A stretch of 64,000 nt of DNA from Eledone cirrhosa (taxonomy: Eukaryota). The translations under genes and the position numbers were made by a program. The notes beneath the pieces are model-generated. The model ran no database searches, was not told where the DNA came from, and saw only the letters and a list, made by a program, of their open reading frames with translations. Positions 11,449 to 24,834 of the stretch are shown here, in pieces. The stretch covers positions 16,988,001 through 17,052,000 of the forward strand of contig OZ024743.1 in assembly GCA_964016885.1 (NCBI GenBank), read 5' to 3'. Position 1 is the first letter of the stretch. Every line of letters begins with the position of its first letter.

Positions 11449-14400
11449 ATGGCCATATTAAGAGTAGGAAGTTTAAATGTTCGCGGCCTGGGGTCACCCT
11501 GGAAGCAGGGTCGCCTGCTCAACGACCTCCGTTCGCTGGAAACGGATGTGATTGCCGTAAGCGAGACCAGAATTTCCGACACGTCGTACTAGCTCCCATT
11601 TTCGACGACTATCAGATCTTCGCATCTGTTAGCAGGCCGGGAATGAGGGGTGGGGTGGCAGTACTGTTTAGGAAAGGACTGGATCTCGAGGTAAGGTCGA
11701 TCTTCCGGGACCCGGACGGTAAGTTGGTGGTCTTGGATGGGAGCAGTAGCGAAGGTGGTGCCTTTAGACTGCTGGCTGTCTACGCCCCTACAGGGGCCGG
11801 ACGACCTGTCTTCTTTAGGCGCCTGGAGACCTTTCTGGGTACGTCTCGCCCTTTACTGTTAGCGGGGGACTGGAATGGCATCTTAGACGCACGCTGGGAT
11901 TGTGTGGGAGTATCCGATAGGAGCGGGGAGTGCAAAATCCTCAAGGACCTACTCAGCCAGTTCCAACTGTCTGACAGTTATCGACTAGATTTCTCCAATG
12001 TGCCAGTATGGACATGGACCAACCGATGGGGTCATCTAGATCGTATATAGACAGGATCTGCATTAGGAAAATAGATAGAAATAGTGTGGGCTGTCCACTT
12101 TTTAAAACGGTCGCCTATTCAGCTCACAAATTTGTGATCTGTACGGTCGACCTAAATAAAACGCGTAGGTTAGGACCGGGTTACTGGAAGCTGAACATGT
12201 CATTTCCGGCACGTAAGGCTTACAGGGACCGAGTCAACAATTTAGTTAAGCAAAAGTTGACAGAGGGGATCATCAACAACAGATGGTGGGTGGCTCTCAA
12301 AAGATAGATTAGAGTAACTTCGATAGAGTTCAGCAAAGAACTAGCGTTAGAGAAAAATAGAAAGGCGGGGGAGCTGGTAGATAAGTTAGACGAGGCTATT
12401 TGTAGTGGCATCGCAACTGATGTGCTAGCGGCGAGAATGGCATTAGATCACTTCTTCAATGCAAAACACGCGTGCGCTGAGAAACGAGGGAACTAAAGCT
12501 GTTCGATGGGCCCGCGTGGCGGAGGCGCAGCGTGGTAATAAAACAACAATTCGGTCTTTGGCGGACCAAGAAGGACACGAGATAAGCGATTCCAAGCGGA
12601 TGTGTGAGGCCTTTCGCCAGCACTTTCCTCGGCTGTTCAGAGAGAGTGGCGAGTCAGAGAGAGTAGCGGATTTCAGTCCCTACCTTGACGGCTTGCCGCG
12701 CATCTCGACGGTCGACGCTGAGCGCTGCGAAAGGCCGATTACTTCAGCCGAAATTCAGGACGCCCTTGTCGGCTGCATGAGGCGCAAGTCACCCGGTTTG
12801 GATGGCCTGCCCTACGAGCTTTACGTAAATATGCCAGACTTGTTCTCTGAACTCCTCGAAGCACTCTACTGCAACTGGAAGCAGAATGGGAGTATTCCCA
12901 GTTCTGTGAGCAGGGTAGTGGTGACGCTGATAAGGAAAGACGAGAACAAGAGGGATACATTAGACAACTTCAGGCCCATAACTCTGCTCGACACAGATTT
13001 TAAGATTTTGGCCCAGGTGTTAGCAGAGATTGGCGCTTGTCGTCGAGGATTTGGTTGGGGAGGCGCAAACTTGCGCAATCCCAGCCAGATCCATACACGA
13101 CAATCTCCACCTCATGCAATACATCATAGAGAGGGTAGGGTGTAAACCTGGCTTCGGCCCTGTCTTTAGAAGCTGGATCGTTCCAATGCACAGCGGGACC
13201 TGCTCGATGGTCAAGTTTAATGGCCACCTCTCGGAACCATTTCGGCTCTCCCGATCGGTCCGTCAAGGGTGTCCTCTCTCTTCCCTTCTGTACGTATTGA
13301 CTCTCGAGCCTTTACTGCGGAAGCTGGAGCTGTTGCAGGGCATCCCGCTCGAACCGGGACGTGGAAAGGCGGTGTCGGTTTATGCGGACGACATCACCGT
13401 GATGGTGTCGAACACCTCAGAAATCGAGGTGGTTGGCACCTTATTGAAGGAATATGAAATCTTGACAGGAGCCTAACTTAACCCGGAAAAGTCAGTGGGC
13501 TTGCAACTCGAAACCTGGGGAGGCAAGCCCATGCCGTTCAACAGCATCATGGGGCGCTGGACGGACGGACCGGTAAAGTTGCTCGGGGTTTGGTTCGGAC
13601 CAGACCTCCAGGTGGAAAAGAATTGAGACGAGGTAACGAGCAGAGTAGCCAGTCTCACCCAAAAATGGGCTGGGAGGAAGCTATCACTGAAAGGTCGAGC
13701 GGAGGTGGCGAATGCGTACATCGTATCCGTCATCTACTACCGCCTGACCGTCGTGCCTTGCCCCCGTCCGCGCCTCGTCAAGTTGGAACGGCTCCTCTTC
13801 AAATTCTTGTGGAGGGGACAAGTTCCGTTGGTGAGGCGGTCCATCTGCTGCCAGCACCCTCTACGCGGAGGGCTGAGCATGCCTTGGCTAATGATGCGCA
13901 GACATGCGTTGAGGCTGCGACATCTCCAGAAATTCTGCCTCAACGGTGAACAGGTGTGGTCGACGTTTATCAGACGGGTCTTTCCGCAGCTCATTTCTTT
14001 GACCGAGCTGCAGTCCTGGGTCAAGAAGAGACCGAGACTGGGTGACTGGCACCTGGAATGTTGCCAGGCACTCACTGCCCTCTACCAAGCGGGCAATGCG
14101 ATCAGTGGAACTTCCACTCTCGAGTTCTATAGAGGATTAGTGGTGGGCAAGTGCGATGACGCACTCGGATGAGCTTTGGGCCTCGACGAAGTCGAACTGA
14201 CCAGTCTGTACCGGAGGACTTTTGAGCCGGTGACGATGGACAATTTCCAGAAATCCCTCGCTTGGCAGTGCTACCGGGGCGCACTGGCGGTTCGGGATAA
14301 ACTCTACAGGCACGGACGTGCTGTCAGACGGACCTGCCCAATATGCGCACAGAACGACGAAACCCTTCTGCACGCACTTGTCCAATGTCCGTGCATTACT

Positions 14401-14751
14401 GACTTGTGGAGTGATGTCGAACAGCTACTGTCGCGTGTGGAACGAATCCGGCTATCGGCCGAGTCCATAGTGAAGATCGATCCACCGCCTTCCTTAGGTC
14501 AGGAAGAGCAGGAAATTTCCCTCTGCCTGGTGGCAGTTGCGAAAGAGATTATATGGTGGACCAGGTTGAAAGGACTAAAGACAGACACTGTTCTCTTCGG
14601 CCAATCCCTCATCAACTTCTTCAAGTTTCACCTGGAAAGGAAGGCGAGGGTGGAGAGAGAAGTGCTGCTCCACAGTACATTTGCTAAAAGGTGGGTGAAT
14701 GTGGCGAGAATGGCTCGTGTGAATGGGCCTACTCTGACCATGCGCCTATAG
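11449..14751 (+). pseudogene. Tx1 family 2 ORF2 (APE-RT-CCHC), frameshifted
   Basis: MAILRVGSLNVRG, GDWN, KSPGLDG, RQGCPLS, YADD, CPICAQNDETLLHALVQC. Confidence 0.9.
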
Positions 14752-15067
14752 GCTGGCTAACTTGAGGAGAGGGGTGCTCTCCCTGGGTGCCCTAGAAGCG
14801 CAGGTTGGTTCAGGATTGGTGGGGTACCTGAAGCACCCCAGGGTAGTACACCTCCTATCGGGGAATATATTTTCTTATATTTATGCATAGTTTATTTTAT
14901 ATTTTTATATTTTCATTGTTAAATTAGTCTTGCCATTGTGCACTTTTACTCCACCTTATTGTAAACCCCCACTGTCCCTGTCTTTGTATTTTCCCCTACA
15001 TATCGACCTTGGTGGCTAATAAATGAAATCGTTATTATTATTATTATTATTTTTATTTTATTTCATT

Positions 15068-17158
15068 ATTGTTTCTGAGATGTATGCCGAGTGTCTTCCT
15101 GACACCTAGGTCAAATAAAATCATAGTGTGCATTGGTAAGCCATTTAATACAGCACATTGATTATAATTTAAAAAAAAAAAAAACTATGCACATATACAC
15201 ATGTGCATATGCATATATAAATACAGGAGGGATATCAATCTTACAGAGATAGTACTGTTCTCAATACGTGTGCAGTACCAGTCAAAACAATTTTTTGCAC
15301 GACGTGCAGAGAGGGTAAACCAGGAATCATTCGCAATTATTGTTCTGTTCCTTTCTTGATCATTCCCAGAACGTCCCACAATCACTGGTATTGTAACGGC
15401 CTTCAGGTGCCACATTTTCTCAATTTCAATAGGCAGATCTTTATACTTTCGTAGCTTGTCAAATTTTTGCCGCGATATTGTGAACACATGGGATGCTCAT
15501 ATCTATATATAAACAGACCTTGTAATGTTAATCTTTTACAATGATATCTGGTATATTTGCTTTTATGGTCCTGTCAGTATGTACGAGAAAGTCCCAGAGA
15601 ATTGTTGCTTTTCCTCCTTCAGTTACAGCCTCAGTGATGATTGTACCACTTGTCTTCAGCTTTGATATTGTAATGCCGACATAATACCCAGTGTAGATAT
15701 TGGCCAACTCTTTCATGTCTATATTTGTCTTCTACTGGTGCTAAAACTTTATAACCAGAGACTAAGTGATCCACTGTTTCAGACTCAGCATTGCAGAATC
15801 GTCACTTTGGGTTTATTCTGTTACTCATCACATTGGTCTGGTAATTACGAGTCAATAAGCTTTGATCTTGGGCAGCTAAGATGAAGCCTTCACTCTCCGT
15901 CTTTAGCCCTGAACTACGTAGCCACTGATGGGTGTGCTTTTGGTCAACATCAGCTTGTTTGCTACGGGCCACATATTTACCATGTCGAGGTTTCTGTTCC
16001 CAGTTTGATGCTAATTGTCGTTGCGCCATTGCTTTTGCCAGTGATTTTATGTGCCTAGCAGCATCAGTTGCAACAGTCTCTTTAGTCTGTTCAGCCTGGG
16101 TATCAAGCAGTAGATCAGTAGCATAAGTTTTGCTCTCCTTCAAGATTTAATGAAGCTTCTTACTTCTCTCATGCTTTTCAACAAGCTTCAACATACAGTC
16201 GTTAATTGCTTCAAGGTATTTGGCCAGTCAAATGATGGTTGTCTTGTAAGCCAGTTCAAATTGGATCAGGACGCGGTATCCTTCAGTTCTAGGAAGGTAA
16301 AGACGATCCATATCTGCTTTCGGGTGGTGCATCCTATTACAAGTCAGTAGCTTACGGACATTTGTGTCGATTCTTTTGATTTCACTCATATTCCAGGTCA
16401 ACACACCGCAGCTCTAAGTGACAACTGGGACTGCCAAGGAATTTATGCCTAGCATCTTGTTACAAGCGTTTAGTTCTGATCTCAGAACTGCACGTACTCT
16501 CCTGTAACATTCTTTCCTTATCCCCTCTTTCATACCTGCATGCTGTATGCCAGAGCAGTCATTAATCCCTAAGTATTTATAGGTTTGTTCCTCCTCAAGT
16601 TCCTTCATGATTGATTCAGCATCCAATTCAACTGAGTCTGAGTTAACAATATTCCTCTTCTTGAAAGTGGCTTTTGCACTCTTGTCAAGTCCAAACTCCA
16701 TCCTGATGTCATCGCTAAACGTTTTACTGTCCGCAAAAGGCCTCCAGTTCGTCATTATCTTTGCAATATAGCTTCAAATCATCCATATAAAATAAGTGGC
16801 TTATTTTTTTATTGTCAGTTCTATAACCATACCCTGTTCTATTAAGTTCGGATGTAATGGGTATTAAAGCTATGAAGAAAAGCAAGGGTGAAAGTGAGTC
16901 ACCCTCGAATATAACACAGTTGATGTTTATATTCCTAGAGCACAGTACCCCAGGGGAATGAGACAATTGGAGATTTGTGTTACATAATGACATATTTTGT
17001 TTCAGGAAGTTTGAGATCACAGGTGAGCTTTTGAAGATATCCAGTGATTTCATAATACATGAGTGTGGTATGCTGTCAAAGGCTTTTTTTTATAATCGAT
17101 CCATGCAGAACTGAGATTTCTGTGTTTATTATGACAGTTCTCAAGGATCATACAATTA
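15068..17158 (-). mobile_element. R4/Dong-like element, family B (5' truncated, decayed)
   Basis: WIDYKKAFD, EGDSLSP, YMDDLKL, YKYLG, AAQDQ, and RLE motifs IPDIIVKD and KYKDL. 3' end abuts TTA-rich tract. Confidence 0.88.
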
Positions 17159-17159
17159 A

Positions 17160-18040
17160 TCAAAAGATGATCTTTGCAACCATATGAACCTCGTCGGCAC
17201 CCTTTTTGTTCAATAGGGAAAAAAGATTGTCATCCTCCAAAAACACGTATGCTTCAGAGTAAAACTCGGGTATTCTTCTGCTAAGCATATGAATGCCTAC
17301 ATCACCAACAGTCCTAAGAGCGGCACCCCACCAGGATGCTCTTGCCAAAAGCCTGAAGCTTGTCCCCTTCAACAGCAATGCAACCCTCTGAAGTTTATGA
17401 CGTTCTGGTCACTTCCAACCAACCAACCAGATCAACCACAGGAGGTCAAATCCTATGTGGGTATGGTGGAAGGCAGTTTTAAGGAAAGCTTCCTGAACCA
17501 TAAGTCGATCTTTAAGTACCCGGACAAACGATCATCCACGAAGGACTCATGTATAGACTACTCCATTCAATGGAAAGCCATCACTAAGTCCAAGCCATAC
17601 GCAAGGGGAAATCCGTCTTGTGGAGTGTGTATTGAAGAAAGGATAAATATCCTAAGGATATTACGCAAGAGCAATTGCCTAAACCAAATAATGATATCTC
17701 CTCACGTTGTCCACATGTCTGGAAACACATGTTGCATAACTATAAATCTCCGGATTGAATAACAACCACATTCTAATTTTCTAATCAACTTGAGCATATT
17801 TTCCGGACATTCGCAGTTATCTCCCATATACTTTTCACCTTGGCTTTGTATCGCTTAGGTGAAGTGACCGTTTCTGCGTATCCACGTTCATACGGTTGTT
17901 CTTCCAGTCCTAGCTCAAGATCCGCTAGGGTGAAACAATTGTTCTCGGAATGGTGAAATAAGTGTTGTGTTACTTCTTCTACCAAACTCGTCCCATGGAC
18001 TGAGTGCTCTATCACTAGGGATATCATCTTACAGTATTCT
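17160..18040 (+). mobile_element. Penelope-like element 3' fragment (GIY-YIG, Hydra-type Cys linker) with pLTR remnant
   Basis: CSCQKPEACPL, YVGMVEGSFK, IQWKAI, CGVCIEE. Hammerhead-like motif at 17911-17947. Confidence 0.75.
17911..17947 (+). ncRNA. Minimal type I hammerhead ribozyme motif, core mutated (CUCAAGA)
   Basis: ag CTCAAGA tccgctagggt GAAA caattg TT ct. The paralog at 44186-44221 has an intact CTGAGGA. Confidence 0.6.
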
Positions 18041-18094
18041 ACCTCTCCGTATCTTTCTCTCCCTCTCTCTCTCTCTATCTATCTATCTATAAAT

Positions 18095-18146
<52 letters not shown>

Positions 18147-18537
18147 ATGTTAGTGTGTGTGTGTGTGTGTGTGTGTGTATTTTTATATATATATATATTT
18201 ATAAATAAACGCAAAAAATAGATCACAATGTTTCAACAAATAATACATCATTCTTTTCTGTAGACGTTTCATTCTCGAAACAATAGGAGAAACTTTTTTT
18301 ATTATCTTAAATACCTTTGTAGGGAGATCACCAGAATGAATTATATACAGCATATGAGAGTCATGTATTCACCGACCACTGGTGATAGGCACAAACATAT
18401 TCGGTCAATTATCTTGTACATAATAGATTCTGCTGATTTCTCTTCAAATGTATTGAGTAATATTTTTTGGAGAACGAAATATGTAAATCAAATAAGTAAT
18501 GTATTAAGTAATATATATATATATATATATATATATG

Positions 18538-18990
<453 letters not shown>

Positions 18991-19203
18991 TATTACTATA
19001 TATATATATAGAGAGAGAGAGATAGATAGATAGATAGATAGATAGATAAATATACACGGGTGTGTATGATTGTGTATAGATGATTATAATAATAAAATGA
19101 TTTCCGACTTTGTCTGATTTACTCGTTTTATTTACAATCCTTTAACATTTTAATGGTATTAGAATGAAATAGTATGGTAGAATATGAAATTTTAAGTGTT
19201 AAT

Positions 19204-19242
19204 TGAACAAGTACTTTCATGCTTTCGCAATCTTGAAGTTCA
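19204..19242 (-). ncRNA. Hammerhead motif in 3' pLTR of PLE A, core mutated (UUCAAGA)
   Basis: Paralog of 23308-23346 with two core substitutions. Confidence 0.6.
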
Positions 19243-19622
19243 AAATGTGTGGTGACAGTCAAGTTTGTAATTTTCAACTGTAATGAGACGGGTAACATTT
19301 GAGCCTTATATACAGTGAAAAGTGCCTCCAGAATGCTAAATCTTGCAAACTGTATTTCGACCAATCGGTGTGTAATTTCACTGGATTACTAAAGCTGATT
19401 GGTTTAAGCGTCACGGTTGGTTGAGCATGTCTAATGACTACTATTTGACCCTATCCAAAGCATCAATTGTTTTGATATTTTTAGAAATGGTGAAAATAGC
19501 ATTTTCTAGTAATCATCAGCATCAACATCACTTTTTTTATTATTATTATTGTTGTTGTTGTTGTTAGTGGTCGTAGTCGACATGGTCCTAGTCATAGTCA
19601 TAGTAGGAGTAATCCCCCATTA

Positions 19623-21894
19623 TTATTGTTCATTTAGCTTGGGTGTGAATTCATCAATAACGTTCTTTGCTTTTATTTGTCTCTTGATTTCACTTGGGCT
19701 GTGTAATTTGTAGAATGGGAATATTATAAATATTCCCTGACCACATGTTGCTAGATGGTTACTTAGGGGTATCTGACGGACATTTGGGTCTCTGATTTGC
19801 TGTCGCTGTACCCGTGCACGTTCCGATGGTGCATTTCCAGTTTGACTGACATATAGTTCTTCACAATTCGGGCATTTAATGCAGTAAATTAGATTTCTGC
19901 TTTTGCAGTTTATATTTGCATTTGGGAATATTTTTCCAGTTTTTGTTTTCATATATTGGCCGGCGTGTATGGATTGACATGTACCACATCGACTATCATT
20001 GCATTTAGATAGAGTGAATGATTGGTCTTTGTTGGTAAGGGCAAATTTTGCTTTTGTTGGTAGTTGCTTCACATTTTTCGGCTGTCTTTTACTAAGAGTC
20101 AAAGATCGATCTGTGATTAAGCCTTTTAATTCATTACTTTGAGCAATGATCGGTAGGTTTGCTTTGGCAATGTTGAAGATATTCTGGTGACATGGGTTGT
20201 GTATCATTATAAATGGTATGACCAGTTCTTGGTTTCTTCTTCCTTGGGTTGTCCTAAGTTGTTGTATAGGTATTTTTATAGCCCGCTGTATGCAATTTAT
20301 AAATAAGTAGAGATGGGTATTTTTGTTTGAGCAAATATTCTCTTAGTTCTGTGAGGCGTTTGTACCTGATATTCGTATCTTCTACAATGGTACAAATTCT
20401 TCTGGCTAGGCAGTATGGGATGTTAAAATTCAGATATTGATGGGTGTCTGTGTGTTTATAATATATATCCGTGGTAATGCTGGCGTCGTTTTTGATTATC
20501 ATTATATCTAGGAATGGTTATTTGGTACTACTCATCTCTTTTGTGAATTGGAGAGATGGGTGTAGGTTATTCAGGAGGATATTGAACTCATCCAGAGTAT
20601 CTAGAGATTCTGTCCAGTTGATGAAACAGTCGTCATGGTATCTCTTCCAAGATTTTTCAATGTTTTTTTCTAAAGTCAGTACTATATTTTCCCTTTTTTT
20701 CTTGGTAGAATTGTTGTTCTAAGTATCCCATTACAGAGTTCGCGTAAACGGGAGCAAACTTCGTTCCCATCGCTGTACCTCTAATTTGAATGTAATTCTT
20801 TCCATTGAAGAAGAAAGTGTTGTTTTCCAGAATAAGTTTAACTGCGTGTAATACAAATGGCGCTGTAAATCTGATGGGAATCACTTCTCTATGTTTTTCC
20901 ACCCAGTATTTAACGATCTTTATTCCTAAATCACGTGTAATGTTGGTGTAAAGGCTTACCATATCAAAACTAAGTAGAAGTGAATTCGTTTCCGTGGTTT
21001 TGGGAAGAAGGGACAGGAAGTCGATATCATCCTGGATGAAACTGGTTATGTGAATACATAGTGGTTTCAAAATAATGTCAACAAAATTGCTTAGACGGAG
21101 GGTGGGGCATGTTGGACCAGCGATAATAGGTCTAAGTTTTAAGTCTTTTAGGTGTAGTAATTTAATGTACTCACTGTTTAGTTCTCTTACTGCCAGTTGT
21201 ATTTCTTTTGACTTATGAACTTTCGGTAGGCCATACAGGTTGCTGGGTTTGGGCTCAAAATTGGTGATGTAGTCTCTTTCCCTAGTGAGCTGTGGTATGT
21301 TGAAGCCAGGTTGTTGATTTTCTTCATGATGTTGGGGTCTATATTTGACGGTATTTCATGATAGAATGTTGTGTCTTTCAGTTGTTCCTCAACCAAATCC
21401 TTGTAGTATTCAGCAGCCATTATAACAACTGCACCCCCTTTATCTGCTTGTTTAATTATTATTGTTTTATCATTTTGTATACGTTTAAGTGCAGATATTT
21501 GTGATTTGTTAATGGTTGGCCTGGCATTAGTATTACGTTTAAGAAAAAATTTAGACACGATGTCAATGTATTGGTCGAGATAGATATTTCTTCCTTTTGG
21601 CGGAGTGAAATTTTATTTATTCTTTACTAGTGATTCATCACTCTCATTACTTCTATCAGTGAAGAATTCAAAAAGTCGTAATTTTCGACAGAATTCTTGG
21701 GTATCCTCCTTCAGTTCTTGGTGGTTGACTGTTGGAGTCGGTGTGAATTTCAGTCCTTATGACAGAATTTACATTTCATCATTGTCAAGATCAATTTTGG
21801 ATAAATTAATTATTTTAGGATCTACGTGTACAGTTGTTTTGGGTATGTTTCCTCCGGGAGTTTTTCTTTTTCCGGTTTTTGTTGTCCTGACGTT
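19623..21894 (-). pseudogene. PLE A RT-GIY-YIG ORF, frameshifted
   Basis: KIINLS, IKQADKGGAVV, RPIIAG, SFDMVSLYTNI, GTAMG, GIY-YIG. Confidence 0.88.
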
Positions 21895-23108
21895 AACAAA
21901 TGGATCTTGCTCTGTTCAGGATTTATATTCCTGTAGGTGTTTGCTTGATGAACTTTTGGACGTGATATTATATTTGGTTTCGTTATGTATTTTGTCCTAT
22001 TTTTGGTATTATGTATATTATTTCTCCATTTCTTGTTAGCATTACTTTTAACAATCTGGGGAAATGATCTAGGTTTGCTTTCAGCTTTAGATCGTTTTTT
22101 CGCCCAGTTTCATGTGGGTAATCTCTGTTGAGATCTTGAGAATGATCTCCTGGTTTTACTACTTCTGATGGTCTGGTCAAAGGAATATCTATCGTGTTTG
22201 TGCTTTTTGTTCATGTTGTGCGCGTTAAGGTGTTTTTGTAGAAAAAGCGAAGAGTTACTACCGTAGTTCTTCTTTGATTCAAGGAAAGGTGAGTGTTTGT
22301 GCTCGCACGTGTTCTGGCGTATGTTGTGTTGGTGAGATTGTCCACTTTTAATGCTTTTTCTCAGGGTTCCAGAGTCTTTACCGTAATTTGCAGCAGATTC
22401 GTCGAGAAATAATTGTTTCTGCTGCCATACCATTCTTGATTTGTTTTCTTCTTTTGAGATATCTCTGATCGATAGTTCTCGTTGTTTTTCAGCTATAATA
22501 CCAGTCGTTAGCTTTGAAATTTCAACTTCAATTTGGTCATCGATAGCTTCATATTTGGCTTTGTAGCGGGATTGTTTACATTGAGAAATGGAGATGTCGG
22601 TCCGGAATGTTGTCAATGTAAGTTCCCACCGGAGTTTTGTTTCTTCTTCTGGTTCTCCTGCAATTTCTGTAATTAGGTATGTACGAAGAACTATGGGTGC
22701 CGTTAGAGAGAGCCATTTCGAATTTGTTTCGACATATTTTTCGCATTTGTATGCTTTCCAGAAGTTTTGTTTTCTTATGTTAAGAAATATTTTGCAGATC
22801 TTCCACATTTCTTTTCTTATTCGATGTGTTTTGTTTTCCAAATTTCTATCGTTTAGTTCTGACATCCAAGGGGGTTGTGGTAGGCTTTCTCTTGTATTTT
22901 TGATAACTGTTGGTATAATTTCAGCTAAATTCTTAATTTCAGAGTTTATATGTTCAGTTATAAGTTTTCCGTCTGTAGATTGTTTTTCTATTTCCTTTAA
23001 AATAGAGGATTGTGTGTCAATCATAGTGATAAGTGTTGATAATTTCGATGATATCTCCTTTAGAATTCTTTCTGATTATGATGATTTCATTTGTTGCTTT
23101 CCAGACAT
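21822..23108 (-). pseudogene. PLE A ORF1 (uncharacterised helical N-terminal protein), two in-frame stops
   Basis: Single frame from ATG 23108 through TAA (about 23077) and TGA (22110) to TAG at 21822. Homologous to the N-terminus of 25611-28349. Confidence 0.7.
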
Positions 23109-23307
23109 GTTGGCATATACACAAGAGGAATATATATATTGATAGATAGATAAATATACACGGGTGTGTATGATTGTGTATATAAGATTATATTAATAAA
23201 AAGAATTCCAACTTTGTCTGATTTACTCGTTTTATTTACATTCTTTAAAATTTATAATGGTATTAGAATGAAATAGTATAGTAAAATATTAAATGTTAAG
23301 TGTTAAT

Positions 23308-23346
23308 TGAACAAGTACTTTCATGCTTTCGCAATCTTCAGGTTCA
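23308..23346 (-). ncRNA. Minimal type I hammerhead ribozyme, canonical core, 5' pLTR of PLE A
   Basis: tgaac CTGAAGA ttgc gaaa gcat GAAA gtac TT gttca. Perfect 5-bp stem I and palindromic stem III loop. Confidence 0.85.
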
Positions 23347-23556
23347 TAATGTGTCGCGACAGTCAAGTTTGCAATTTTTAACTGTAATGAGATGGGTAAA
23401 TTTCGTGCCTTATATATAGTGAAAAGTGGCTCCAGAATGCTAAATCTTGCAAACTGTATTTCGACCAATCGGTGTGTAATTTCACTGGATTGGTAAAGCT
23501 GATTGGTTTAGACGTCACGGTTGGTTGAGCATGTCTAATGACTATTATTTGACCCT

Positions 23557-23627
<71 letters not shown>

Positions 23628-23634
23628 ATGTATG

Positions 23635-23701
<67 letters not shown>

Positions 23702-23839
23702 AGTGTAATTTTCTACACAAAACGAAGGTTATAGAGAAAATTGAGGTTGGTAATGGCACATGGAATATATAAGAGATAGAATACTTTTTTGTGAAAAAAC
23801 ATACAATTTTATAAGGTAAGGAAATAATAAAGGGTATAA

Positions 23840-23888
23840 AAAATGACCGGTTTCGATGGGTCTGCAAAAGCCATCTTTTCAAATGTTG
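23840..23888 (-). ncRNA. Variant minimal hammerhead (U3-A8 core) in 3' pLTR of PLE B
   Basis: TTGAAAA gatgg-11nt-ccatc GAAA ccgg TC. Confidence 0.7.
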
Positions 23889-24249
23889 ATTAATATTAAG
23901 AAAAATTAATAATACGAAGAGTTAAAATTTGAGATTTGAAAATTCAAGTATAAAATTCATTGTGGGATTTCATAGTAGTTTTCATCTAGGTAGCAACAAC
24001 AGGTTGACTGCTGTGTCCCTTTCTGGTAGTGAATGAGGGTTTCTTTGGGGTGTGGGTTATTTTATAAAGGTCAGATTTAGCAATGGCCAAATGTCCAGCT
24101 GCTGGTCAGTGAGGGGGTGGATGCAATATACATACACATATCTTCCTGTGGTGGGTAGGAGAGTGGAGCGTGATAGAAAGGGATTTAGTGCACTTACACC
24201 TATATATACACACATACCTTCATCCACACATACATACATATACATATAC

Positions 24250-24286
<37 letters not shown>

Positions 24287-24834
24287 CACACATACATACA
24301 CACACACATACAAATACATACACACATACACATACACACACATATATACACATACACACACACACATATATATATACACATATATATATATATATATATA
24401 CACACACACCCCCACACATACATACACACACACACACACATATATATACATACACACATACAAACATACACACACACACACATATATATACACATACACA
24501 CACACACACGCATATATATATATATATATATATATACATACAGACACATATTTTTTTCCATAATATAAGAAGTTGGGACAGTGAAATTAAAATACAAGTC
24601 ATTCTGATCACATTGAGTTCTTCATGTAGATTGGGCCCCGCAACCGACAGTGGTGAATTATGTGTGCGCATATATATATAGATATATGTGTGTGCACGTG
24701 CAGGGTTTAACATGGATGTGTTGGTCACACAAAGGCATGGTCTGTCAACGAATAAACCTGATTCTACAGAATTGGTCTCTGGTCTTTAATAGTAGTGATT
24801 CCGTGCGTATGTGTGTTTATATTTTATGACAATT

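Larger units (their letters stand above)
10487..15031 (+). mobile_element. Tx1/L1-clade LINE, divergent family 2
   Basis: Short ORF1 10683-11439, ORF2 11449-14751, AATAAA then (TTA)n. (TTA)n also at the 5' side. Confidence 0.92.
19040..23562 (-). mobile_element. Penelope-like element A (Neptune-like), full length, decayed, direct pLTRs at 19040-19458 and 23141-23562
   Basis: GTAMG, W.RY.DD RT motifs. KCNDSRCGTC linker. LIYCIKCPNCEELYVSQTG GIY-YIG. About 420-nt direct terminal repeats. Confidence 0.92.

Noticed and set aside
18255-18305. Minus-strand stem followed by GAAACGTC, resembling a hammerhead 3' half
   Set aside because: No CUGANGA-like core upstream; too degenerate to call.
22110-22112. 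In-frame TGA in PLE A ORF1 as possible selenocysteine or readthrough codon
   Set aside because: The element is decayed with other stops, the site is in a low-complexity tail, and no SECIS was recognised. A point mutation is simpler.
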